Positions 52,201-63,712 of a DNA stretch of 64,000 nt are shown piece by piece; position 1 is the first letter of the stretch, and each line of letters opens with the position of its first letter. The stretch is from Octopus sinensis (taxonomy: Eukaryota). Location of the stretch: positions 43,276,001 to 43,340,000 of the forward strand of contig NC_042998.1 in NCBI RefSeq assembly GCF_006345805.1, in the 5' to 3' direction. The notes under the pieces are model-generated. The model was not told the DNA's origin and made no database searches. It saw only the letters and a program-made list of their open reading frames with translations. The position numbers were made by a program, and so were the translations under genes.

Positions 52201-55200
52201 GTGTGCGTCCAAATGTGAATTTGGATGCATATCAGACAGCAAAACTTGAAGCTTTCTCCGCGTGATTACTGGAGTGGCCGGTAATATATTTTGAGTAAAC
52301 CAGAAGAATCTACTGCAGCTGGAATGAAGAACACGTGCAGGTTGTGCGGTGCAGGAATGCATAATTTGCCGTACAGATGACAGTCTAACATAAATTACAT
52401 TAGTAGTTAAATGCCATTTAACATAAATTACAATAGTAGTTAAATACTAATTAATTAATGTGTTTTTCTGGATATTGCAGACAGTGTTTTTTGCCGGACT
52501 GCTGTAAACCATATGGGGGATTACTGGTTATGGGATATGTTTGTGTAAGGTGTAATAAAACGTATTCAAGGAGATGGGTTTGGTCACCTGCTTAGCTGTC
52601 TCAGGTAACAGGGGTTAACAGACAAATATCTGGATAACATACCTTTATATTTCCTCATATCAAAAAATGGATTCTTATTAACCCTTAAATTGACGAATTC
52701 ATTCTTTTACTTCAAAGTAAAAACTGCTTTGCACAGATCGGCTTTTTCAATAGTCAAAGATCAGCTCGCTGTTGTAGTGCGGTAAGTATCAATAAATTCT
52801 TTTAATTTTGGGATTTTAAGGTTTTATTGTAATAATTAGAAACTTCTAAGAGAAAAGAATGTAATCCATAGTATTTTAGAAATAGATTGATGTGTGACTT
52901 GGAGGGGCTGCTAAAACAACTTGCTAAGAATAAAATGTTGAAATTGCTGCTTTTATAAGAGGACTGAAGACTCGTGTATTCATATATCCTCATGACAGTT
53001 TATGAAGACTTGTAAAGCTTATAGGACATTTATAAGTCTTATAAAACATTTATAAGTCTTATAAGACATTTATAGAAATGTCTTCCTTGCCTCAAGGAAG
53101 ACATTTCTAGCATATTTTGTATGGCAGTTGGATTAGAAAAAAAACATAACTGACGAGATGTTTGGTAAACTAAATATACTGTGATATTTACTCTCGCAAA
53201 TAGAATAAGAATAGTTTTGAAATCTATATTCTCTAAGTTAGGGTGTGATAAAAAATAAAGACATCTGGCACCTAATATAATAATAAAATATAGTCCATCA
53301 ACTGTATATTTTGAAGTTTCCTAGACAGAGCTGATTCAAGAAAATACTTATATTTACTTTCTGTTGTTCATGTCCAAGGCTGTAATTCCCAACGGACAAA
53401 CTTACCAAGTTCTAAGTAGATAACTAGCAATATTTACTACACCAATGTAAGCAGCTGCTTACATACTTTAAATATTATTGGAGTTTTAGTTGGATGGAAG
53501 GGATTCTGAATACTTTCCCAGTCTAGTTGAAACTGATGTGATTAATGTTTACCTTGAGTACTAGAAATTGATGGTTACAGGACAAAAACAGGATAAAGAA
53601 AAAAAAAGAAAATAAAACTGGTGGGAAGAGAATTACAGAGGGCTGAAGTACTAGGAAAGACGGGTTGTCTCTGTTTTCAGTGCTTAGTTTACTTCTTCTC
53701 ATAGGGAAGTTTATTTGTAATAGACTGGCGCTTTATCCAGCAGAAGATGTGATTTCGATTCGCTTAACGCCATAGAAGTGCTACACATACACAGTGCACT
53801 GTGAAGTTTGTGAACAAACAAATAGTCAGATGCTATAATTTAATGATTTTTGAATGAAAATGTTGGATTTTCTAGAAGGGAAAAATTAGCATTCTTGATA
53901 AAAATATCTATTCTATATTCTCGCTCTACTGAACTAAATAATATATCCATAAGGTTTTAACCCGAACAATAAGTAAAGACAAATGGAAACAGAGACAAAG
54001 ATATTGCATATATAGCTTTGTAGGCGACAAAAAAATAAATAAAATGAATCGACTTGATTCTTAATATTGTGTTGGGATTTCATCAAAAAATTCTTGTTCT
54101 TTTTTTCTCCCAGGAAACATGTTTACACGAGCTCGGTCATATTCTTGGTCTTGCACACGAACATAAGCGAAAAGACAGAGATAATTATATTCGAGTGAAG
54201 TTCGGAAATATTCAAAGTGGTAAGTAAGAGTCTTATAATATTCTGCTTGTCATTACGTTACTTAGCCCGTCGGTAGCGCTTTCACGTGATTAGAGAAAAA
54301 GAGGAAGAAAGAAAAGAGGGATGGAGAAAAAGAGAGGGAGAAGCGTCCATGACGTGAGGTAGAGAGAATGTAATTGTAACGCCTTGAAGTGATTAGTTGA
54401 AAGGAGAGAGAGGAGAAAGAAAAAGGAGGAAAAGAGGATAAGGCGAAGGGTGAAACAGAAAGAGAGAGAGAAAAAAGAGCGTCCACGACGTGTGGTAAGG
54501 GGAACGTAATATTTATACCTATTGGATCTTGTTTATCTGTCCACGACAGGATTTTTTTTCAATTTGGCTGCAATTATTTTCTCTACCTTCATCCCCAGGA
54601 TGGAGCAATAATTTAGTTGAAATTAAGGAACGCATTCAGTTATGAGATCAGGAGATAACTCATGAAATGCTTCAAAATGTGTATCGCAACGCTAAAGATA
54701 GATTTGAAAATTGCAGGGATACAGGCGAAGCACATGTTGAAAATTAAAAAAAAGTTTTGACATGAGATTTATAAAGCTATTTGTTTTGGTATCATTATTA
54801 AATAACTAGCAGTATCGCCCGGCGTTGCTCAGGTTTGTTTCGACCCTTTAGAATTGGAATTTTTTAAAAGTAAAACTTTTGCATTATGTAGCTAGTTATT
54901 CTCTTTAAGTGAAGATTTTTGTGGTTGAAATACACCGAGAAATGGTGACACAGCAGTAAAAAAAAAGCACCTTTTTGATGTAAATTATTTTTTGTGTTAA
55001 AATGGTCCGATTTGAATTTTTTCTTCTACGGAAAGAAGAGCAAGCCTTCTTCTATCATACTCTCAATTTTGGTCAACTTGCGCCGCAGGGTCTCGGAGGA
55101 GACAGTGTTAGTTGAAGGCTACCAAACCTGCCATACATAGACAACTTCAGCTTTATATATAGAGAGATAAACATAAAACTTTTGATAAGAGACGATCAGA

Positions 55201-55909
55201 CGTATGCGGATATTGCGAACTGTAGATATCAGATATTTGAACTCAGAACGTAGAGGGAAAAGCTGAATATCTCAAGAGGTTTAACCTACTGTTCGACCTC
55301 GTCTGTGACTGGACAACATTAATTGCTGCTTGTAATAACCATTGCTAACATAGGTAGTAATTGATTAATAATTTCATTTATCGACCCTTCCTTATAATAC
55401 TTGTTTTTCTTTTAGAATTTCGAAACAGGATGTTATCTGAAAACACACATGATAAGAGTGATTTCGACTTCCAATCTGTGATGCTTTATGGGCCATTGGT
55501 AAGAATGTTTCTATTTATGGTAATTTAAAATATTTATACATTTGCAACTAGGAAATGATCGGATGCATCCTGTATTTATCTATCAACGCCCAAGTCTATG
55601 TTACTATTGGCAATAGGCTTTTCGTTACACTTTTGGAAAAGGTACTTCATTATACAAGTCTTAGTTTAAACAGCTGCTGGAAATCCGTTCCAACTACTTT
55701 TGGGAAAGCTACCTGTTAGAACATGTAATTAACGCTATAGTGTACTAAATAAACCAAGTACAACTTTGTGAGGCGTTTGTTATTTCCAGAATTAAACCAT
55801 AAATATATTAAATTCCAACAATTCGCAGGGAATAATGTAAAACAACCAAAATTCTTGATTACTTCCAAGACATTTTTGTTGAATTCAAATGCAACTGCTA
55901 AAAACGTTT

Positions 55910-56003
<94 letters not shown>

Positions 56004-56193
56004 ATGATATATATATATATATATATATGGCGCAGGAGTGGCTGTGTGGTAAGTAGCTTGCTAACCAACCACATGGTTCTGGGTTCAGTCCCTCTGCCTG
56101 GCATCTTGGGCAAGTGTCTTCTGCTATAGCCCCGGGCCGACCAATGCCTTGTGAGTGGATTTGGTAGACGGAAACTGAAAGAAGCCTGTCGTA

Positions 56194-56238
<45 letters not shown>

Positions 56239-56458
56239 GTGTGTGTGTTTGTCCCTCTAGCATTGTTTGACAACCGATGCTGGTGTGTTTACGTCCCCGT
56301 CACTTAGCGGTTCGGCAAAAAGAGACCGATAGAATAAGTACTGGGCTTACAAAAAGAATAAGTCCCGGGGTCGAGTTGCTCGACTAAAGGCGGTGCTCCA
56401 GCATGGCCGCAGTCAAATGACTGAAACAAGTAAAAGAGTAAAAGAGTAAAAGAATGTA

Positions 56459-56499
<41 letters not shown>

Positions 56500-58316
56500 G
56501 TGATATTGATAATGCTGTCATTTTTGAGCGATTTTAACACAAAATTCTTATTTTCTTCTAATTGCGCGGAGCTTTTTCTCAGCAGCAGATAGATTTTACG
56601 ATATATGTGTATTTGTTTAGCAAAGCAATTTCGATTCGTTTCGGAAGTGAGGCGAGAATACCATACTGATGAATAGAAAATCCGCAAAAAAAATCGATAC
56701 ATGCCTTTTTGTACACTTCCGGGCCGATTATGTTTCGCCTAGGTTTGTAGTATACTGTGTTACTTTTTTTTAACACAATACGTCTTTAAAGAGACCTTTC
56801 CTGAACGAAATACCGCAGTTTAAAAGCCATTAGCAACACACATGCATTATATGATACTGGTAATGTTATATTTAATGTAGAAATTGAACGTACAAGTAGA
56901 TGTGCGACTATTGCTGTTATGTTTTGAGCTCCTAATAGATTTTCATAATCCGGTTTGCTTTCTGGATAGTTATTACTTAACTTCTATACTGAGCAGTATT
57001 ACCAGTTACGAGCTACAGACCAAATGTAGGAAAATAAGGATAAATCTAAGTTAACACATACTTAGATTTATCCTTATTTTCCTGTATTTACTCTGTAGCT
57101 CGTAACTGGTAATACTACTCAGTACAGAAGTAACAACTATCCAGAAACCGGATTATAGAAATCTACTAGCAGTATAGCCCGGCGTTGCTCGGGTTTGTTT
57201 TCTTATAGGGATTTTCATAGAAAAAAAGCACCTTTTTGATGTAAATAATGTTTGGTCTTAACATGAACCGATTTGAATTTTTTCTTCTACGGAATGAAGA
57301 GCAAGCCTTCTTCTATTATACTCTCAATTTTGGTCAACTTGCGCCGCAGGGTCTCGGAGGAGATAGTGTTAGTTGAAGGCTACCAATCCTGCCACACACA
57401 GACAACTTCAGCTTTATATATAAAGATTAGGATCTCAAAACATAACAACAATAGTCGTACATCTACTTGTATGTTCAATTCCTACAATATATATATATAT
57501 AAACATTACCAGTATCACATACTTAATGTATGTGGGTAGATAAAATCATTCTTACCACACGAGCCCGCGCGTATGTATGTGTATGTATACTCATACAATG
57601 TATATACAATATATATATTATATATATTTATATAAAATATCTATTTATTATATCTTGATACTTTTCTCACCAGGCATTTTCACAGGAAAATAAATATATT
57701 TATCAAATTCTTGATCCCGATCAGCTCTATTTAATCGATTACCACAAAACGTTGAGCCACTACGATGCTCAAGACATCAATAACTTATACAACTGTCGCA
57801 GTAGGTATAATTATAATGTACTTCATCATGTATTTCATCACGTATTATGTATTTCATCGTGAATAATAAGACATGGCTTTCTTTTCTCGACTTCTAACTC
57901 ATTATACGACAGTTTCTATGTAGTACTGCTTCTGCATGGGGGACGTTGCTGCGGTTGCACACACTGACCTATCAGAGATATAAAGGCGGCGAGCTGGCAG
58001 AAACGTTAGCACGCCGGGCGAAATGCTTAGAGGTATTTCGTCTGCCGTTACGTTCTGAGTTCAAATTCCACCGAGGTCGACTTTGCCTTTCATCCTTTCG
58101 GGGTCGATAAATTAAGTACCAGTTACGCACTGGGGTCGATATAATCGCCTTAATCCGTTTGTCTGTCCTTGCTTGTCCCCTCTGTATGTTGCCCCTTGTG
58201 AGCAGTAAAGAAATAAGACTATAGCCTCATCAGCTTTGCTGGTCTTAGAGGGTTTGTGAAAATTAGTGAAAGGTATTCTAGACTAAACTATCTATCTATC
58301 TATATCTATCTATCTA

Positions 58317-58385
<69 letters not shown>

Positions 58386-58431
58386 GTCTGTCTGTCTATC
58401 TGTCTGTCTGTCTGTCTGTCTGTCTGACTGA

Positions 58432-58465
<34 letters not shown>

Positions 58466-60145
58466 GTTTGTCTGTCTGTCTGTCTATATGTCTGTCTGTC
58501 CGTCTGTCCGTTTGTCTGTCTATCTGTTCGTCTGTATGTCACTGTAAATATGCACCAGGACGTAGAAACATTCGGTTTGGTGTCCTAGGGTGCAGTAAAC
58601 CCACTGGGAATGCGAAACCTCTGGTCTTTTTCAAGACATTCCCCTATAAGAAGGCAACTCGGCTATAAAAGCCCGCTGCTCTGTTGAGCCGGATATCTTG
58701 CACATTGCTTGTCTCTGTGCTTCTTGGTATTGCTAGTCGTAGTCATTGTGATGTTGTTCAAGCCGCACTCGACTGAAAGCCCTAGCATGGGCATTGCTGA
58801 TACATGTCAGCGATGGTCATGTTCGTCTGACGAGTGGACAGCCATCGTGTTTGCAAGTGTATAAATTTTGAATGCGTGAATGAATCAATCCATCGATCAC
58901 TCTCTATATCTTTTTGAAAATCTCTATAACGTTGAATGTAAGCTGCATCCGGGTCAGGACCTCATAAATCAGGTGACGTACATGACTTAAATAATCTGAT
59001 CAGATTTAAGTTACTGTCAACTTTTTGTCTGATGAGTCATCAAATTACAAAGCATATCGTTCTTTTGATTAAAACAGGCTTTGAACGAGATAAGATATAT
59101 TCGATTTGTGAATTCATGCGTCCCTTAATGTACTGAATTCACATTTTACCGTTGAAGGCGTTATCTTTCATTCCTCTGGTGTTGAAGAAATAAAGGACAA
59201 ATCAAAGTATTCGATTAAACTATTTACAGTGTTTACAACATTTGTGGGTCGGATGGAGGAAGATATCTTCCAATAGGAGACCTGATCCGATTGTTTGCTA
59301 CAGAATGGACTCTGTTGAAGGTATCCAAGGCGCTTGATGGTATTGTTAAAGCGGGGACCAGATTAACTCTATCACCCAAGTAAGGCATGGTGGAGTTTCA
59401 TCTGAAACTGCAATGGGCCGGAACAGGTACCTCAAGGCATTTCTTCTCGTATTCTAACTTTTAAAGAATTCTACTACCATAGATTGGTAGTTATAGATCC
59501 TAGAATGAGAAAAGACAAATTATTCTGGATGGGATTTGAAATTATTTCGCAAAGTACAGGAAACTTATCTCAAGATGGTTTCAATTTTCTGTCAGTTCGA
59601 AGCCAGACATTAATCATATTGGTAATTATCGATAATTGATCTGCCTTATGATGAAACACGCACACGTATATGCACATACGCATAAAAAACACGAGCACAA
59701 ACTCAACATAAACAACGAATAGAAACACTACACACACACACACACGCAAACATACAGCCTCACACATACATACACAGACACACTCTTACACGCACATATA
59801 TATTTCTAATCTATTGTATTTTACAGGACAGCAGTGTCGTTATTTCAGACATAAATGTCGCAATGATGGGTTTGTTGTGATGATCGGTGGTATTTGCAAG
59901 TGCTTCTGTCCCACCGGCTTAGACCCTGCTACTTACTGCACTAAAATATACAGACCAGGTTTGTTGAAATATATTTCAATATTATGTTCCTGTTGTCAGA
60001 AAACACTTTGTTAATACTATGTTTCATTTGAAAATGTTAATAAAACTTATTTTTCACCACGGTATACACAGTATATACAATGCAATAAACCATGTGTTTA
60101 GCCTAGATGGTACTATGTATGTGGAGGTATACTTTTGTACACGGC

Positions 60146-60193
<48 letters not shown>

Positions 60194-60544
60194 GAGAACG
60201 ACCTTCTCCGGAAGGCAAAAGAAGAATATTTCATAAGATTTCTGAGTCCGAAACTAAACTGGAAATAGTCAACAACAATTTTACTGGAAACGACTTTCAC
60301 TATATGTAATATACGTGCTTGAAAACGTTAAGAACTGAAAGCGCTTGCACATCTATAAAAGCAAACACCACACAGATTTTGTGAAATCTCCTTTCAAGGA
60401 TTAGTGCATTTCAACTATCTAAAACGGTTCTTTTCTCAATCTTAACTCTTTGAGAAAAAAATCTTCTCTCCAAATATTATAACTGTATCAAGGAATTTCC
60501 CAAGCACTTCAAGTATGTCAATCTCTCTCTCTCTCTCTCTCTCT

Positions 60545-60603
<59 letters not shown>

Positions 60604-60787
60604 GGGGGAGAGTTCACGAAAAAACAAAAGACGAAGACAGGTGGTGTATAAAACAAACAGATGTGTTAGTATAACGCTTAGGGAACTGAAAAAGTCTTTT
60701 ACATTTCGAGCCTACGCTCTTCTACAGAAAGGAACACAGAAAAGAAACAAGGAGAGAAAAATGCGTGTAGTGGCTACCGATCTATCT

Positions 60788-60834
<47 letters not shown>

Positions 60835-62229
60835 TGTTCCGACATGGCCACAGTCTTTGGGCTGAAACGTATTAAAGATTATATGTGATTGCGAGGTATG
60901 CTGCAACTGTTACATACGCACATTTACACATGTATTCATTATATTATTTATTGTTTTACTTTATTGTTTTAAGATGTCTCTGAAGAAAAGGATAACTCTT
61001 TGACCTATCTCCCTGGAGACAATAACTAATGACCTTCCTTACTCTTACTTTTGAACATACACCAATGTAGATTATATCGCAAACATGTGCTATTCATACG
61101 CAACTTAAACGCACGTTGTATGTTAAAGTTGTGTATGAGATGATTTCAGTTTCATTTTCTTTAACATTATTAAACACCCTTACTAATCACGTTTATGAAA
61201 CAAACTAAGCAACAGAAGAGCCCACTATGCAGATGCCTGGATTGCTGGAAATAGCTAGATATCTCTTGAAGGAAACTCTATCACATCAGCGTCTTAAAAA
61301 ACCAATGGCACATCGGAAAGTGTATTCCTAGTCGCACAAGAAAATGGAATAGTCACAGCTGGAACGTTACATAAATTATAAAATAAAAATAAATGCGCCT
61401 TTTTAAAGCCTACCCAGGCTTATGGGCCCAGTTTCCGGGTTTCTATGGCGTATGTGCTCCACAGCTGGACGGGACGCCAGTCCATCGCAGCGTTACTCAT
61501 TTTTGCCAGCTGAGTGAAATGAAGTATTTTGCTCAAGAACACAACGCGTCGCCCGGTCCAGGAATCGAAACCACAATCTTACGATCAAGATGCTGACACC
61601 CTAACCACTAAGCTACGCGCCTCTACTACATAAATTATAGGTAAGTTCAAATGGAAATAATCTGAATCTGAATCTGAATCTGAAGAAGAAGAAGAAGAAG
61701 AAGAAGAAGAAGAAGAAGAAGAAGAAGAAGAAGAAGAAGAAGAAGAAGAAGAGAAGAAGAAGAAGAAGAAAAACAACAACAATAACAACGACAGCAGCTG
61801 TTGTTGGTCAAAAGGTGCAAATGACTATGATTACTTTTGTGTACTTCATTTTATCGCTCAAGATAATGATAGTTTTTTTTTGTTATTAGACACGTTTTAC
61901 GTTTAAAAATGCCATAACATTCTATAATAATTCTATACTAATATTTTCTTTGCAATTTTTGAACTCAGATGAATCTTGGGTCGACTGGCCGGCTGGAAGT
62001 TATGCTTTACCCAGAGCCGGATCAAAATGTCCGGGGAAGAAATGGGTTAAATTAAATACTAAGCATTACATAAATGGCTTCGTAGAGAAAGGAAAAGCTT
62101 CGCATTCATCTCAGTTCTTTTTCGAGGGTCACAGCCGCGAAGTGTTCTGTTTGTTTAATGAATCTAAAGGCAATAACCACTGGGAAGCTGGATCCTATTG
62201 TCTAATGAAGAATGGACCTTGTCCAAACA
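46052..62229 (+). CDS. Astacin-family (M12A) secreted zinc metalloprotease with EGF-like and apextrin C-terminal (ApeC)-like domains; nine exons, 3' end beyond the window
   Basis: Exons 46052-46117, 48731-48812, 50238-50385, 52718-52781, 54114-54219, 55416-55498, 57674-57800, 59827-59958 and 61969-62229 all have GT-AG introns with matching phases, giving 356 stop-free codons. Motifs: [41 protein letters not shown]. Confidence 0.9.
46303..46518. mobile_element. ~215-bp mariner-derived MITE
   Basis: Terminal repeats gggtggctgaaaagttcttggcttt / aaagtccagagcttttcagcacccc, similar to those of the 23184-24389 mariner; set in (TACA)n. Confidence 0.8.
46577..46964 (+). mobile_element. 3' fragment of an RLE-type (R4/Dong-like) LINE in a (TACA)n tract
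   Basis: [22 protein letters not shown]...[10 protein letters not shown]...[15 protein letters not shown], followed by a 3' UTR with small hairpins; (TACA)n at both junctions. Confidence 0.7.
47338..48602 (+). mobile_element. Full-length but degenerate Tc1-like transposon in astacin intron 1
   Basis: TA flanks and ~29-bp terminal inverted repeats. Frameshifted transposase from ATG 47527 with GQIVG HTH, VMIW and FQDNNAP motifs. Confidence 0.92.
48731..48812 (+). CDS. Astacin exon 2: [27 protein letters not shown]
   Basis: Acceptor ctttgtttag, WP motif of the astacin N-terminus, donor a|gtgagt in phase 1. Confidence 0.85.
50238..50385 (+). CDS. Astacin exon 3: (T)[23 protein letters not shown]...VLFKGG
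   Basis: Acceptor ttttctcttaaag, conserved CIRF, donor ag|gtaaat in phase 2. Confidence 0.9.
51560..52380 (-). mobile_element. Penelope-like element relic (GIY-YIG C-terminus) in astacin intron 3
   Basis: [28 protein letters not shown]...[18 protein letters not shown] (ORF 51609-52181). Confidence 0.7.
52718..52781 (+). CDS. Astacin exon 4: (S)[21 protein letters not shown]
   Basis: Acceptor ttttacttcaaag, C-x3-(V/I)G motif, donor gcg|gtaagt in phase 0. Confidence 0.88.
53030..53109. repeat. Three ~19-bp tandem units followed by a perfect 17-bp hairpin
   Basis: (acatttataagtcttataa)x3, then tagaaatgtcttccttg-cct-caaggaagacatttcta (53073-53109). Confidence 0.85.
54114..54219 (+). CDS. Astacin exon 5: zinc-binding [35 protein letters not shown]
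   Basis: HExxHxxGxxHEHxRxDRD signature; acceptor tttttctcccag, donor g|gtaagt. Confidence 0.96.
54806..55167 (-). mobile_element. Non-autonomous Helitron, family H1
   Basis: Reverse complement of 6007-6317 and 21925-22292; A|TC...CTAG|T on the minus strand. Confidence 0.85.
55416..55498 (+). CDS. Astacin exon 6: Met-turn (E)[27 protein letters not shown]
   Basis: (Y/F)D(Y/F)xSxMxY motif; acceptor ttttcttttag, donor ttg|gtaaga. Confidence 0.93.
56029..56452 (+). mobile_element. SINE family A copy
   Basis: Near-identical to 1498-1905 apart from the length of the internal microsatellite. Confidence 0.88.
56838..57537. repeat. ~430-bp fold-back palindrome whose right arm is interrupted by a Helitron
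   Basis: Left arm about 56838-57051, loop taacacat, right arm 57060-57165 plus 57427-about 57537. Confidence 0.9.
57166..57426 (-). mobile_element. Internally deleted Helitron H1 inserted at an A|T site
   Basis: The uninterrupted left arm gives the empty site atcta|ttagga; no target duplication. Confidence 0.9.
57674..57800 (+). CDS. Astacin exon 7: AFSQENK...[16 protein letters not shown]
   Basis: AFS start and LSxxDxxxINxLYxC end of the catalytic domain; phase 0 to phase 1. Confidence 0.92.
57983..58214 (+). mobile_element. Full-length SINE M
   Basis: Head ggcggcgagctggcagaaacgttag, B-box gagttcaaattcc, tail gtaaagaaata. Confidence 0.88.
59827..59958 (+). CDS. Astacin exon 8: EGF-like module [43 protein letters not shown]
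   Basis: C..C-x-N-x-G...CxCxCPxG...C pattern; symmetric phase 1-1 exon. Confidence 0.88.
60604..60790 (-). mobile_element. Short PLE-type terminal-repeat cassette with hammerhead-like motif (60694-60732) embedded in (TA)n
   Basis: Minus strand CTTT-CTGTAGA-A-GAGC-gtag-GCTC-GAAAT-GTA|AAAG; reverse-complement relative of 32163-32300. Confidence 0.65.
61395..61625 (-). mobile_element. SINE V-related copy
   Basis: ctggacgggacgccagtccatcgcagcgttactc plus a tRNA-like head on the minus strand. Confidence 0.8.
61969..62229 (+). CDS. Astacin exon 9: first part of an ApeC/apextrin-like domain
   Basis: WPAGSYALP...CP...FC...[15 protein letters not shown] fits the repeated WPxGxY(C)...CP pattern of apextrin C-terminal domains; phase 1-1. 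Confidence 0.82.
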
Positions 62230-62496
62230 GTAAGTGTTAATTATTAAGTAAGGGTTAATGTTAAGCATAAGTCATAGATAATTGAGTAGTTGTTTCATAT
62301 TAAAAGCTTTACAATAAGTCATTCGTATAATTATTTTTGAACTTTGTTCAAATTTTATTGCATGCACAATGAGTGCAAGGATTAACAGAAGATATAAAAT
62401 ATGCACCTATCAACTATATCCACTAAAATTGACAAAAAACTTTATAGGCTAACCAGGGAGCATCTTAGGTGGTCGCTCGATTTGCTAGAAATACCT

Positions 62497-62728
62497 ATTT
62501 CTTTATTACCCACAAGGGGCTAAACACAGAGCGGACAAACAAGGACAGACATAGGTATTAAGTCGATTACATCGACCCCAGTGCGTAACTGGTACTTAAT
62601 TTATCGACCCCGAAAGGATGAAAGGCAAAGTCGACCTCGGCGGAATTTGAACTCACAACGTAACGCAGACGAAATACCGCTAAGCATTTCGCCCGGCGTG
62701 CTAACGTTTCTGCCAGCTCTCCGCCTTA
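62497..62728 (-). mobile_element. Full-length SINE M with near target-site duplication
   Basis: Flanks atttgctagaaatacc / atttgcaagaaatatc. Confidence 0.88.
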
Positions 62729-63127
62729 TTTGCAAGAAATATCGGTTTCATTCCACCCAGATCGCACAATAAGTAAGATAGCTATAGCTATACTCTGTTC
62801 TAAAATTAGATGGCAATGTCATGGTTGAAACATTTCGGTCTATAAGCTGGCTTGATTTGAGCTGACACGGAACTACACGGTAATAGTAACAATAGCAACG
62901 ACGTAAACACGTTCCTAACAAAATTGAAATTGACGTCTGTCTCTGTCAATTGTGCTGATTTGCTCGAAGTCACAAAATATAAAGGAAATGGACTAGATAC
63001 TGTAGTGTCCTTGACATTCTTCAAAAGGGCAACAGACGCAAAAATGAAGTCATGGTCTCAACTAGGATCGCTGTAGTCATAGCGAGTAGGAAGTTTGGCT
63101 TTTACTCCACTGTTCCTATTAACGAAT

Positions 63128-63712
63128 ATTGGTTTCAAATTTTGGTACAAGGCCAGCAAGTTTGGGAAAGCGGCTAATTCGATTACATCGATACCAGTGT
63201 TCAGTTGATAGTTATTTTATCGACTCCGAAAGGATGAAGGACAAAGTAGACCTCGGCGGAATCACGTTAACGAATATTAACTACAGTGACTTTAACTATG
63301 TGACTTTAGTAATATTAAAGCGTCAAACCAGCTTTATTTCATCACGTAGATCGAATTAAAATAAATGCTAATTCTCGGCTAAAACCAATTTGAACAACAA
63401 AAATGTCATTGTACCTAAAGAAGAAATCTGTTTTATGATATAGAAAAGAATAGAAAATTGTTGCTGTTGTTTAGACCCTCGCAAGCCCAATCAAATTAAT
63501 ATACGATCAAAATTGTTTCAGCTATGGCTATTGTTTTCTTTCTTTTACCTTTTTAGAGATAATTTATTCATATAAGGTGGTATTAAACATTGTACTCATT
63601 TTAGAGGCAGCAAAATATGAGGTCAGCCAGATTCAGTTGCTATATCGATTTCAGCGCTCAACTGGTACTTATTTTATCGACTCTGAAGGGATAAAAGGCA
63701 AAGTCGACCTTG
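63128..63712 (-). mobile_element. Diverged SINE M fragments (~63128-63265, ~63640-63712)
   Basis: ttattttatcgactc.gaa.ggat.aa.g.caaagt motif. Confidence 0.6.

Noticed and set aside
58540-58860. GC-richer segment with ctataaaag, a possible solo LTR
   Set aside because: No clear TG...CA termini, target duplication or second copy.
59028-59080. CTGATGAGTC...tttgat-taaaac
   Set aside because: The stem II closing pairs and the GAAA core are broken; too degenerate to call.
62780-63120. Possible next astacin/ApeC exon
   Set aside because: No ApeC-like residues in a phase-1 frame; it looks more like a decayed LINE C-terminus. The gene probably continues beyond the window.
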